Below are positions 1 to 12,669 of a stretch of DNA of 64,000 bases, piece by piece. The DNA is taken from the NCBI RefSeq assembly GCF_001194135.2, contig NC_068989.1:81451874-81515873 (forward strand). The letters are read 5' to 3'. Each line of letters starts with the position of its first letter. The first letter of the stretch is position 1. Both the position numbers and the translations under genes were made by a program. The stretch is from Octopus bimaculoides (Eukaryota). The notes beneath the pieces are model-generated. The model did not search any database. It was not told the origin of the DNA and saw nothing but the letters and a program-made list of their open reading frames with translations.

Positions 1-330
1 CCACCCATTTCTCTGCAAGAAGTATGCCCACACCATCTACCCCCGTCGCTGTTACCTTCACAGAAGATTTTATACCTATGTCTTGCCTATGAGAAACCTG
101 GCTGAAGCTCCTCTCCACCTTACCTCTTGGATGCAACATACATCAACATGCTTCCATTCAAGCATCTCAACAATCTCGCTAGACCTACCTTTCAATGTGC
201 CTACATTGACAGTGCCAACACTGAAAACTGGGAAAGGGATGTGAGAGGGAACATGGGAAGTAAAGATGGTATTCAGCACCTGAAAAGAAGGTTTCAATGA
301 TTGTTTTATAACAGACATGTCACATCAGTT
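1..330 (-). mobile_element. RTE-clade LINE fragment, APE endonuclease N-terminus
   Basis: ORF 76-318 contains VGTVNVGTLKGRSSEIVEMLEWKHVDVCCIQEVRWRG, the start of the RTE-type apurinic endonuclease domain. Confidence 0.85.
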
Positions 331-729
331 GTTCTTGCTTTAGCCTACCATCATTCACACATGTTAAAATTGTTGCCCTTAATGCGGAGGAGGATGCTGT
401 AAATATGAGCGTTATTGCTGCAAACATAAATAGGTCAATATTTAAATTAAGTAAATGAACCACTATTGGTTAGTCCATTATATATATAAGGAGAAAGAGG
501 TAGGTGGTTTATTAATTTACTAAGTAACACATCTTCTTTTGACACATGCAGTAGTGTGGATGATTGGTGGTGGGTGGGAAGGTATGCAAGTCTTCTGGTA
601 CAGAAGCGAAGTGGAGCCCTGCAGGCGTTTCCGGTATAAAGGAAGAAATTTCCGATATAGGTGGAGGGGGCAGGAGTGGATGGGTGCATTGCGGACAAGC
701 AATGACCAGCTTTGCCTCAGGAAATAGAA

Positions 730-734
<5 letters not shown>

Positions 735-785
<51 letters not shown>
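735..785. repeat. (GA)n microsatellite
   Basis: Direct observation. Confidence 0.98.
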
Positions 786-788
<3 letters not shown>

Positions 789-1559
789 GAAAGACTTTAT
801 CACTGGAGGAAATGATGACAAGAATGAGAAAAATACAAGTTATAAAACATGGCAAGAATGCTTACAAATTTTAGAGAGAGAGGTAGAGATCACTGAGGAA
901 ATCATGGCAAAGTATGGGAACACATGGGTTATGAAACAGGGAGAGAACATAGCATGTATGTGTGCACACGTGCGTGTGCATGTGTGCATGTTCTTATATA
1001 TTTTTATTCAACAAGCAATACAAGTAAACATGTTTTGTGACCTACCCTGGGTTTGACAGAGTTACACTAATTTTTCAAATCACTTATTTCTTAATAAAAA
1101 TGAAGATTTCTTTTCTAAATTCATATATTTCTTCTCGTATTTCTGCTTCTGGCATGGTGGATAACTCTTCTATAATAGAAATGAATTATTGCCCCTACAC
1201 TGTCGTTACTTTTTGTCTTGGATGAGTTGGGATGTATTAAAGGTTAAAGTTAACGATCATGAGAGGTCAATTGCTGCGAGTGTGAAGAATATAAGGGTGT
1301 TATTAACAGTCAGATAGGATGCTGGAAGAAAATATAAGTTAGAAGAATGAGAGGAGTAACTGTGGAAGAGAAAACAGCAAGAATGAATGAGTTTGAAGGA
1401 CAGTAATTACGGATGAATTGCATAATAACAGTTTAAGAAATGTAAGAAAAGAATAATCTAAAGAAATGGAAGAGAAAGGAGTGAAAAAGGAAATTGTACG
1501 AAGAAGAAAGGAAAGAAGTTTTTAAGATGAAGCAATTACAGTTTTCCATGCATTTAGTC

Positions 1560-1990
1560 TGTTGAAAGTGACTAGAAAGTTATATAAAAGGTGACTCTTA
1601 AAATGTTTCCATTTTCTGAATATTTTCTGATCTAGTGTATGAGTTATTGGCTTGTTTATTGTATTTTCTGATAATTCACCTTTCCTCTGTGTTGCACAGA
1701 TTACACTTTTTGTTTCCAGTTTTCCAGGGTTGAGATCTTTCAATGAATTTCCATTTTATTTTGTGGTCTAAGTGTTATCTTTTAGCTTCCACATATAGTT
1801 TGCTAATTTTGTTGTGTTCATCTTGGCTGTGTGATTAAAGGAAGATGTATGGTTATGAAATTCATTCTTAAAGTTTCCTTCTGTCATTCATATACACCAT
1901 TTTCTCATAAATTATTGCTACTGTGTTATATGATTTATCCAATGGACATGGAATTGGATTCTTAAATGAGCATGTGTTTGTTGGTTGGGA
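1560..1990 (-). mobile_element. Decayed Penelope-like element, GIY-YIG endonuclease region
   Basis: Manual translation across frameshifts gives IIYE...Y..MTEGNFKNEFHNHTSSFNH...TKLANYMWKLKD...KIKWKFIERSQPWKTGNKKCNLC...IFRKWKHFKSHLL, typical of the PLE C-terminus. Confidence 0.75.
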
Positions 1991-4270
1991 TATGGGATAT
2001 TGTTTTCTAGTATGTAATGAAACTGTAACTTATTTTCAGGCTGTATCACAAAGTTTCCTATACTTGTGGCTGGCATGGAAGTACTTGCTCATTTGAGTTA
2101 GAAAGGCTCTACCACCCAATTAATTTGTCCCAAAATTTTGAAGACAAAGCAAACTAGGTCGTTGGCAATGAGTCACTTCTGTTATATGAGCTATGCACCA
2201 TGACAAAGAAAGATTATTTGTCACTCACTCTCTTTCTCTGAAGCACATAAATGAGCTAAAAGTAAGATTTGGAATAAGAGGAATCAGATGCACCATACAA
2301 GAGAAAGAAGAGTTCACTGGTAGGGATATGTGATGTGTATGGTACAGTTGGGTAGATAAGTACCATACAATCTAAATGGAAGTAACCTTCAGGAGAAGAT
2401 ACCAAAGAAGGTCACGGGAAGAAAATATGCGTGGAAGTTGACTCAAGTGGTTCAACCTCATGAAGGAAATGGCAAAGAACCACAACAAATGGCAAGATGA
2501 TATACTGAAGAAGATTTGTCCAACCAATGAAATCTGTTTTTGAAACAGAAATTGCTGTTAAGGAGATTTTTTAAACTGAATTACTGAAGGTAGAAGAACA
2601 AAAATGAACAAATCTTGTTTCAATTTTCCTCTATACTGGTCAAACATATTTCAATGATCCAGACTACATAGCTATAGATAGCTACAACGGCTGGTACAAT
2701 TCATAACTGTAACAGCAGCAGATGTACTGTTTAGCTAGCAATTCTATATTGATCTTATGTTTTTAGAAAAAAGAAGGGAAAATCACACAAACGATCTTTC
2801 TGGAAGGAGAAATTCTGATGGTCTTCAAGTTATAAAATGTATTAAGGGACATTGGTTAGTTTTCTATCTGTTAATTACTTGGTTTTATTACGTAATACCC
2901 CACAGAGCACATGAACCAATCAATACTATGTAAGAATAAAGCCTTGCTATGTAATAATGTTCATTTAAAGTGACTATATGAATCTGACAACTAACCTTGA
3001 GTGATTCAGGCAGTGATGATGCTGAATGAGAATCAGCTAATTCAGTTATCAGACCTGCATATTCTCTCTCATCATTATAACACCAAAATTATATTACAAT
3101 GAAAAAAAAAAAGAAAAAACTTTTATCTAGAATTAATTTTGTTATAGTAGGAAAATTAACTATTAAGTAGGAGTGGTGAGAAACAGAGAAGCTTAGCTTA
3201 ATTACTAATATTCTTTTAATCATTTCAGCAAGTATGGGAAAGAACTTCAGACATGTTTTGATGTTATTGCATTTCCTCAGTGAAACATAAACTTCTTCAT
3301 ACTAGGTGAAGTAGTGATTAGAGAATAAATCAGTATGATTGCAGTAATGTACCATGACAAGTTGTGGAATATTTGCCTAATTACAAAGAAATTATTTAAG
3401 TTAATTACACACAGATGCTATATACTTACTAGATATTAAGCTAACTTTCTATTCTCTCTCCACTGCATAAGTATATTTCTAATTAGATTTATGATGTCCT
3501 GAATGAAATATGTCCACCCACCTACTTAACAGTCAAGTTATAGACTGTAATACATAATGCAATGAGGAACAAAAGTCTAATTAATCAATAGTACTTAAAG
3601 CAGTAAGAAGAAAACATTAACTTTCTGACTAATATTAATTAATTTTCATGTGAATGGTGTCTGTGGGTAATTACCTTCAGGCCTTATTATAAGTAGAGTA
3701 GTGGTTACTTGTGTACATTATTGTACATTATTATAGTGATTCTCAAATCACTAATCTGGTAGGTATGTATGTTTCACTGAAGAGATCTAATAAAACTGAA
3801 ACACACCCTAAGTTGTCCCCCTTACTGCCTAAGATCAGGTTAAATCAATATCACATCATCGAGCTATTATTTTCTTCTCATTAGCACTAAGTATTATTAA
3901 TACAACACAACTAAATGACATGCACTCTAGATTTAACTCCTAATTCTTTGACTAATAGATCCATATGTCATAAATTCAATATTTAAAATAAATAGTAAAA
4001 CAATTCTATATGGAATCGACAAAGTACAACAGAATTGTCTCCCATGCACAGATTTTTTTTTTGTTTATTAATGTTTTGAATTTTGAATATTTCACAATTT
4101 AATCTTATTGCTATTATACTAGTTTCATGAGTTGATTACCAAAATTATTTTCATCAATATTTAATTTGCCTTTAAATTGAAATAAATAAATTTGTAAAAT
4201 TATAAACTTTTCTAAAGCTTTTAACTTTTAAAAAGTAAAATTATGTTTTCTGGATTATTTTGATTTTTAG

Positions 4271-4429
4271 GTGGAGTTTTACCGAAATGAAGAATTTAAA
4301 ACTAAAGAAGGAATTACTTTCTTTAAATCTGGGATAAAATTGGATGGTGTTGAATTCAAGAAAATAGGATACAGCTCAGGTGTTGATATTGAGCCTCAAT
4401 TCTTCCTCGGTGGAACCAAAGAAAACATT
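4271..4429 (+). CDS. Penultimate coding exon of a gene entering from the left; laminin-G-like domain
   Basis: tttttAG|...|GTATGT boundaries, 159 bp, phase 0 to phase 0, open frame VEFYRNEEFKTKEGITFFKSGIKLDGVEFKKIGYSSGVDIEPQFFLGGTKENI. The pattern V.F.R...I.LDG...(F/Y)LGG resembles LamG strands. The exon call is stronger than the family call. Confidence 0.7.
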
Positions 4430-5335
4430 GTATGTTGTTTTTGTCATTAATCTTAATATTTTGCATATCTTACCATTTGACATTTATTATTAGTATTTTA
4501 TTTTTATTTTATTTGTATTTATTAGTATTTTATTATTAGTTCATCCATCATTGTCGACAATGACCAAATGACCATGAAAGAACTGCATGAGTTGCTGATT
4601 GGTTATGGATGTGAAGCTGAATGTAATTGAGACAAAACACCATCCCAACATGATTTTATTTATTCCACACAAGTCATACTAAGATTGGTCACAAATGACA
4701 AAAATCTCTACATAGAAGGAATGAGATGTAAGAAACATAATACAACATGCATGATAGCTGGATACAAGAGCTTAGCACAGGGACTGAATTAAACACAGGA
4801 ATGCATATGCATGTTGCTTCATATCTGCCATCATATAACACATATCAGGTTGAGCATGTAGTCATTAAAATGACTATTTGAGAAGGAGTGTGTGTATTGG
4901 ACTACTACTTTGCACATACTGCAGTTTGGTGAGAGTGGAGACAACATTCCTATTGAATGCCTACAACACTGCGAATCGGTGCTTAAAACAGATTGTATTT
5001 ATAAGCTTATTACAGAGAACAATCTAGAAGGAGCTGGAGAAGCTATCATGTGAAAACCAACAGCTGATTGGCTGATAACCTGACCTTACGCATGAAAGAG
5101 TTGAACAATGCCATGGCTTCAAGTCCATGATGTGGCAACTCAGGTTTGAGTCTTGCTACAAGATAAAAGAAGATACATTGCATAAATAAAGCAACTTTTA
5201 GATAATCGTATTTTTATTATATTTTTATTTGCTACAAATAAATTTTCTGAATTTTTTTTTTTTTTTTTTTTTTTTAGACTTGTATAAATTATTAACAAAC
5301 CTCAAACAAACTTTACTCTTTTTCTTTTCTTCTAG

Positions 5336-5452
5336 ACAACAGAGGTTCCGAAATTCAAAGGGATAATTAAAAATTTCATTGAAGAGACAACTGGTCAAAT
5401 ATTCGAAAAAGCCACATTTGAGCAAAATATACAAACTTGTGAGAAATCATAA
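5336..5452 (+). CDS. Terminal coding exon of the same gene (LamG-like C-terminus)
   Basis: Strong acceptor tttttcttttcttctAG|, phase 0 matching the previous exon. Encodes TTEVPKFKGIIKNFIEETTGQIFEKATFEQNIQTCEKS*. FKGIIKNF resembles the LamG F.GCI.N motif, and the near-terminal Cys resembles laminin-alpha LG5 ends. Confidence 0.65.
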   Translation, partial: TTEVPKFKGIIKNFIEETTGQIFEKATFEQNIQTCEKS

Positions 5453-5459
5453 GAAAACT

Positions 5460-5690
5460 TTAAGATGAAAGGGGAAAATATCTTGCCTGAAAAATACATT
5501 TATCTCCATTCACTGACGCAAAGTTCAGTTTTAATGATTCAGGACTCAAATCATCATCTATTTTCAAGCTACACTTTTGTAATTCTCTCTTCTCTACTAT
5601 TACCATAACTTCACTCCAGATTGACGCATTAACATATTCATCTTTCAAGCATGCAAAACAGGGACCCATAGCAGCCATTTTTTTTTTTTT
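5460..5690 (-). CDS. Possible antisense coding exon of unknown product
   Basis: caatttttAG| then 12 A (KKKK) and MAAMGPCFACLKDEYVNASIWSEVMVIVEKRELQKCSLKIDDDLSPESLKLNFASVNGDKCIFQARYFPLSS*. Non-repetitive, with coding-like purine bias. No other exon of this putative gene was found. Confidence 0.3.
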   Translation of the reverse strand, partial: KKKKMAAMGPCFACLKDEYVNASIWSEVMVIVEKRELQKCSLKIDDDLSPESLKLNFASVNGDKCIFQARYFPLSS

Positions 5691-5806
5691 CTAAAAATTG
5701 GCTGGTTTGAAATGAAAAATAATAATGATAATAACAACAACAGCAACAACAATAATAATGATTTTGTACTTTGGTAAAAAGGAAGCTGAAAATACATTTA
5801 ATTGCT

Positions 5807-6118
<312 letters not shown>

Positions 6119-6891
6119 ATGTTTCTTTTTATATCAAATTATATGTAAAAAGAATTTAACCGTAAACTGAAGAATTACTCAATACTTTTTATTAGAGTAA
6201 ATATTTGTTATACTTTTACAAGAAGAGGAGAGACAGTGTCTAAGCCTTCATCTGACAGTCTGACAAGGTTAGCAGGCCAAAACTTCGCAGTCACTATCAT
6301 CCTTTTTCATGCAAAAGTTAATAAGCAATTCAAATATGTAATGCTGTACCGAAGATTTTCTATTTCCAATTCTACTATTCGACTATACATATATGTATAC
6401 ATATAATATGCACATGCATACATACATACAAAGATATATATATATGCATATGCATATACAGACACGTACACACATCTGCACTCACACATACATACAAGCA
6501 CACATATTTATATACATACATATAATATATATATATGTCTGTGTAATATGCATGTATGTATTTATGACTTTGGTCATAATACGATGATCCAATATGGCCT
6601 TATTTGTAATGGCTAAAATCAACTAACAAATTAAAGAATCTGTTTGTAGGATATGTGATATCAAGAGAGTAATCATTGAAAAAGAAAGTGAGAGGAGGGA
6701 GGTGGGTATAAAGCAGTAGCACACTCACAAGTGTTTCTAATTAACATAATGAACCTTGATTTTTATGGCCTCTTGTTGGGCAATCATGTTTATAAAGGTA
6801 AATTTAGTCCTTACACCAAAAACTGTTGGTTTCAGCTGATCCACATTTTGTGATGTATCAATATATATACATATATACATANNNNNNNNNN

Positions 6892-6922
<31 letters not shown>

Positions 6923-7789
6923 GAGGGGATAAGTATAATCCTGGAGATCACCCCATCACCACTTTTCATGCAGGAACCTGGCTAGCATAGTGTTCTAATA
7001 ACTGAAGAAGTGAATGAGCGCTAATGTTATTATATTTATTGCATATATTGCATAACTTTGTATGTGATATGAAATAAATGACATTCGTTCACGGAAACAT
7101 ATGTAACATTGATTTGACTTTTCTTTTCCTCAATTCAAATAATTATATGCATGCATGCATGTATGTATGTATGTATGTATGTATGTATGTATGTATGTAT
7201 GTATGTATGTATGTATGTATGTATGCATGCATGTATGTATGTATGTATGTATTTAAAAACTTTTGTAAAAATTACTTGATACAATTATAATGATTAGAAA
7301 AAGATTCTTTTAAAAGTTATTAACTTAATTAACAAAACCTTTGTGGAAGAATTTTTCATATACTATTTATATCTAGTGTGCATTTTGTGTGTAAGCACTT
7401 TCATTTTTCAACTTTGCAAACACTTATGTTCTGGACTAATGCATGAATATGAACCACAACAGCTTACATTCATCCAAATGATACCTCCTGACAATTCTAC
7501 ATCAATTGTCAAATCTCCAACGAATAATTTTTTGAAAATCACTAATCATCAACAGCCAAAGACAACCATCAAATCTCAAGAGAACTCTTACAGATGAGAG
7601 ATTTACCGAATGTAATAATGTCTTATGGTTGAGTTGATTTTTTTGTATTTCCCTGAAGAGAAGATTACATCTTTCTCAACATCACTCATTCCTTTGGAAT
7701 GAACCAATTGTAATCTTCGAAACATATGTCGGAAATAAAAGAAATCATTTAACACATGCGTATAATTCCATTTATTTAATCTTATATAT

Positions 7790-7832
<43 letters not shown>

Positions 7833-7834
<2 letters not shown>

Positions 7835-8017
7835 GTGAGAATTTACAAAAAGACAAAGACGGGTGTGCAAACAACAAACAGATGTATTAGTTTAACGCTC
7901 GGGAAGTGAGAAAGCCTTTTACGTTTCAAGCCTACACTCTTCGACAGAAAGGAACACAGAAAGAAACAAGGAGAGAAAACAGAAAAAGTTTTAGTGGCTA
8001 GCGATCTATCATGGCGA
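7833..8017 (-). mobile_element. Penelope-type terminal repeat fragment containing a hammerhead-like motif
   Basis: The minus strand reads tcgccatgatagatcgctagccac...cctttctgtcgaagagtgtaggcttgaaacgtaaaagg, flanked by (TA)n. The family assignment is from recognition plus the motif architecture. Confidence 0.55.
7915..7952 (-). ncRNA. Minimal type I hammerhead-ribozyme-like motif with a variant core
   Basis: CCUUU-CUGUCGA-A-GAGU(GUAG)GCUU-GAAAC-GUA-AAAGG. Helix I CCUUU/AAAGG is perfect, helix III is the palindromic ACGU, the triplet is GUA, and the core has U at position A6. Confidence 0.4.
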
Positions 8018-8555
8018 ATATATATATATATATATATATATATACACTATAGCCTCAGGCCAACCAAAGCCTTGTGAGTGGATTTCATACACGGAAACTG
8101 AAACAAAACTGTCATATATATGTGTGCATTTGTGTGTGTGTGTTTGTATCTCCACCATCGCTTGACAACCAATGTTGCTGTGTTTACATCCCTGTGACTT
8201 AACAATTTGGCAAAAGACGCCGATAGAATAAGTACTAGGCTTATAAAGAATAAATCCTGGGGTCGATTTGTTTGACTAAAGGTGATGCTCCAGCATGGCT
8301 GCAGTCACATGACTGAAACAAGTAAAACAATAAAAAATTATACCATTTTAATCCTGAGGAATGCCAGGTATCTCTGCTACTTTTATATGAAATATCATAA
8401 AATATCAAATATTTTTATTACGTATGAAAATGGAGAGATCTAATGGATACAAATTAATTTATTAATTAATTAACATATCCACCTACAATTGTTTCATTTC
8501 ACAACCAAAATTAAAGCTACAAAATATATATAAATATATATATCTTGCATTTTAA

Positions 8556-8776
8556 CCCTTTAGTGTTCACATTATTCTGCCATAATTAATGCTTTTTTAT
8601 CCACATTGCTTTGAACTAATCATGCATTATCTTGTAGCTATGAGATTTTGATGAGGTAGCTGCTAATTTTTAAAATGTTATTGTAGGGTTGGTGTAAAAG
8701 ACTAGATCTGGTCAGTTTGAACATAGAATAGGCAGAATACTTTTGGCCGGATATGGCCGGTTTAAATGCTAAAGGG
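8556..8776. mobile_element. TTAA-flanked MITE (piggyBac-like ends)
   Basis: TTAA|CCCTTTAG...CTAAAGGG|TTAA. Related copies at 14549-15257, 26343-26562 and 60138-60356, with a partial at about 53370-53530. Confidence 0.8.
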
Positions 8777-9156
8777 TTAAAATACCTTGGATGGGGAATC
8801 ATCAGGATGCACAAAAGGACAAGACAAGGATTACATCATGATCCATTGGAATACTTAGAATACATAATCATGTTTATTATGTGTGTATGTATGTGTGTAT
8901 GTGTGTGCATGCATTAAAATTATTCTTTTATTTTTAATTCAATAATAATAATTAAAAAAATAATAAGAAGAAGAATGAATGAATAATAATATGTTAATTA
9001 AAGAATAATATGTTAAGTAATTAATCTGTTAATTAATTAATAAATTAATTTGTATCCATTACATCTCTCCATTTTAATAATTATATATATATATATAATA
9101 CTTTATACTTAATAATAATATATATACATATATTTATACACACACACACTCACATA

Positions 9157-9328
9157 TATGAGGTCTGATCAATAAGTATCCTAACTGTTGCCATAATAAC
9201 AAAGCTAAAGCATGCAGAGTGAAGCCAGTTGGCAAAGATTGACCTTAGACTCTGCTGTGCATGCACACTAAGTTTTAACATCCTAGCTTACTTCTGCTGT
9301 TTACGGCAGTGTTTGGAAGGAAGGTGTA
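9157..9328 (+). mobile_element. Mariner-type terminal fragment
   Basis: Begins TATGAGGTCTGATCAATAAGTATCC, resembling mariner TIRs. Truncated by the following repeat. Confidence 0.45.
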
Positions 9329-10380
9329 AAATACAAAAATGGGACAAGAACACAAAACATCCAGACAGGTGATACAAAAAAGGGACAACAAAACATCCAG
9401 ACAGACGATACAAAGAAAACAAGGACAGGTCATTCGGAGTTTTCTTTCCTCAGTCGAATTCCAGATTATCTTTGCGATTTTGGTTGGTTATACTTGAGAT
9501 TGCTCCAATCTGGCCAGCCCCAAGCAAAAACTAAGCTAAGAGCATTAGATTCCTTAGAAGAAAGCAGTGAATGTATACGAAAACAAGGACGGAAAAAAAA
9601 ACAGAGAAATGTTACACAAATACAAATGCAAATAACAGGGCATAACAACTGGTGTCTTTCAACTAAGAATGATTAAATTAAGCTGGCGTGTGTGGAAGTA
9701 AAGCCTTATGGTAGGGACCTAAGATTTGACAAGCATAGGGAGGAATATAGATGTTGCACAGATGGTAGTCAAACCAAGAAAGAAAGGTCAGGCTTGGCCA
9801 AACACCAGTCACGTGGGGAGAGAAGAGAGAGAGGTAGAGGCAGAGGGATAGAAGAATTAAGGAGGGGCGAGAAAAAAATGAAAGGGACAGAGTGAGGTGA
9901 AAGAGGAGGGAAAGTGAGCATGGAGAGAAGGCCAGGAAATGTGAGAGAGGGAGAACAAAAGAATGAAGAGTGGAATGAATGAGGTAAGTGTGAAAGGGCT
10001 GATAGAAAGAAAGAATACAAAGAATAATAAGAGTCATACAAAATTTAGATATGTATATATACTTACATATAAGAGACCAAAGTGTATGTACGCCGCTATA
10101 TTTTTATATATAAAAAATACAAAAATGGCACAAGAACTCAAAACATCCAGACAGTTAGGTGATACAAAAAAGGGACAACAAAATATCCAGACAGACGATA
10201 CAAATAAACGAGGACAGTTCGTTCGGAGTTTTCTGTCCTCAGTCGAGTTCCAGACTATCTTTGCAATTTCAGCTAGTTATACTTGAGATTGCTCCAATCT
10301 GGCCAGCCCCAAGGAAAAACTAAGAAAGCAGCAAATGTATATGAAAACAAGAATGGAAAAAAAAAAAAAAAAAAACGGAG
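9329..10380. repeat. Two diverged direct copies (about 9329-9600 and 10113-10380) of a Penelope-type repeat
   Basis: Both copies share AAAATACAAAAATGG...GGGACAACAAAA..TCCAGACAGACGATACAAA...CCTCAGTCGA.TTCCAGA...GATTGCTCCAATCTGGCCAGCCCCAAG.AAAAACTAAG. The family assignment is from recognition only. Confidence 0.7.
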
Positions 10381-10642
10381 AAAGCATTGGTGCTTCTGTC
10401 ACAGTAAAAGCACTTGCACTGGTGCCATGTTGAAAGCACTGGTGCCATGTTGAAAGCACTGGTGCCATGTTGAAAGCACTGGTGCTGATGCCATATAAAA
10501 AGCAGTCAATACACTCTGTAAAGGGGCTGGCATTTGGAAGGGCATCCTGTCATAGCAACCATGCTAGAACAGGCAATGGAGTGTGGATTGGTCCCCAGTC
10601 TTACAAGCTCCTGTCAAACTGTCCAACCCATGCCATGGATGA

Positions 10643-10685
<43 letters not shown>

Positions 10686-10689
10686 TATA

Positions 10690-10736
<47 letters not shown>

Positions 10737-10889
10737 ATGTGTGTGTGTGTGCATGTGTGTGTGTGTGTGCATGTGTGTGTGTGTATATATATATACACAG
10801 GACGCATTGGGTAAATTATCACCACCTTATATTTTTAGTTTCATGCATGCACATTGTTTGTTTTTGATTTTGTTGACTACACAGTATAG

Positions 10890-11665
10890 TAGGCTCAGTG
10901 GGGCATCATCTGTGAGAAAAACAGCACCATGACACAATTCACTCTGCCAGAAATTTGGAAATGACATGCTGTACTGCTTGGCATTTGTGCCAGAAGTCCC
11001 AGTATGAACATTTCAGAGTGTTTGGGTGTCAATCTGAGGACATGATTTAAGAGTGATAAAAATCAAGCATCCAGTTAACATCATGGTGTTTGGAGTGATC
11101 ACAAGTGATGGTGACGTTATGCCTCCATTCATCTTCCCACACAGCCTCAGACTCAACACGGAGGCCTATATAAAGTGCCTGAAGGATGTAGTGCTGCCCT
11201 GGCTCAAGAGGGTGGCTGCTGGAAAAACCTATGTCTGGCAACAGGTGCACCATGCCATACAAGCAGGAGAACCCAGCCATGGCTGTCAGACAATTTCTGC
11301 AACCACATCATTCCTAACATCTGGCCACGTAACTCCCCAGACTGCAAACCCCTTGGTTATTATCTGTAGAGTACAGTTGAGAGAGAGAGACCAACAAAAC
11401 TCCTTGTAACACCAAAGATGAACTGAAGTCAAGGATTATGGCAGCATTTACCAACTTAAACAAGTAGACCATCCAGAATAGTTGTAGGAGATTCCAAAGT
11501 TGTCTGAAGGCCATGATTGAAGCCAATGGCAATTTTATTGAATAAATTTATTGTTTAGTATTTCAAGATATTTTTAACTAACTTTGGTAAATACATCTGT
11601 TAAAATGAGATGTCAGTGTTATCATTTTTGCATAATTTATATGACAGTTTATTCACTGCACCAAG
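10890..11665 (+). mobile_element. Internally deleted Tc1/mariner-superfamily transposon (motif style of the DD37D/maT group)
   Basis: Overlapping ORFs give KHPVNIMVFGVITSDGDVMPPFIFPHSLRLNTEAYIKCL...YVWQQ and APCHTSRRTQPWLSDNFCNHIIPNIWPRNSPDCKPLGYY. The catalytic Asp positions are deleted or mutated and the frame is shifted. Confidence 0.8.
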
Positions 11666-12669
11666 ACTAATTTCTTTCAAAATTTGATAAACCTACAAGA
11701 CTGGGTGAAAGCGCTAATTTATAAAACATGTGACATATGAATAAAAATCTGTAAATATACAACCATACAGACATCTGAGTACCTGATTATTATTTTTTCT
11801 AANNNNNNNNNNNNNNNNNNNNNNNNNNNNNNNNNNNNNNNNNNNNNNNNNNNNNNNNNNNNNNNNNNNNNNNNNNNNNNNNNNNNNNNNNNNNNNNNNN
11901 NNNNNNNNNNNNNNNNNNNNNNNNNNNNNNNNNNNNNNNNNNNNNNNNNNNNNNNNNNNNNNNNNNNNNNTGTATGTAATATGTAGATATATATATATGT
12001 ATATATAATATATATATTTATATATGTGCATACATTTAAAAAAATTTTAGAAGCATTAAAATATCATTTTGACTTCCTATTGACCATCTATGTACTATTT
12101 AGTTATTTTGAAGCTATTTTCTGAAGTATTAAAATATTCAGGCATTCAATCAGTCCATTTGAAAATGTTTATCACCTTTTCATTTGCCAATATTTTGAAT
12201 TTTAAATATTTTTTTTAAAAACCTTGTTACATAGCAGTAATAGATACTTATCAAGTCTAACACTGACTTTATTTTTATTTCCATCAAAATATATTTCCTA
12301 TCTACATTGAGTTTTGGCAGACATTGCATCAGAACTTACAACCATTACATAATCAAAACCTCAGGATGAAGTCTAGTTCTTCAATATTCTCCTAACAAAT
12401 TTAAATATAGGCACAACTCAATGAAATATGTTCTCTATTAATTCTGCCCTTCCAGCCACAAATTCTTAAGAATATTGAAATTTCATATTTCTAGGAGTGA
12501 GTGAGTCTCTGTTATGGTTTTCAGTGCCTCAATTTTGACATCCTCTGCACCCACTCAACATATGTATCTTGTTATTTAAATATCTCTACCTATTTCTGTA
12601 TACTCACCAGACATATACATACAAGCTAAGGCAACAATATATATTTGTAAATTCCTATTGCACCCCCCC

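Noticed and set aside
2767-2853. Possible additional upstream exon of the LamG-like gene (acceptor tttttAG at 2766; KKEGKITQTIFLEGEILM)
   Set aside because: The in-phase donor is non-consensus (GTCTTC), and the better donor (GTTAGT) gives a phase incompatible with exon 4271.
9440-9475. CTGAGGA...CCGAA on the minus strand of the paired repeats (also about 10215-10250) as a third hammerhead
   Set aside because: No GAAA, and neither helix I nor helix III can be paired convincingly in either copy.
10408-10490. 20-bp tandem GGTGCCATGTTGAAAGCACT x4, superficially CRISPR-like
   Set aside because: No spacers, eukaryotic context, and it lies in a diverged SINE B-type body; a similar array occurs at about 35520-35620.
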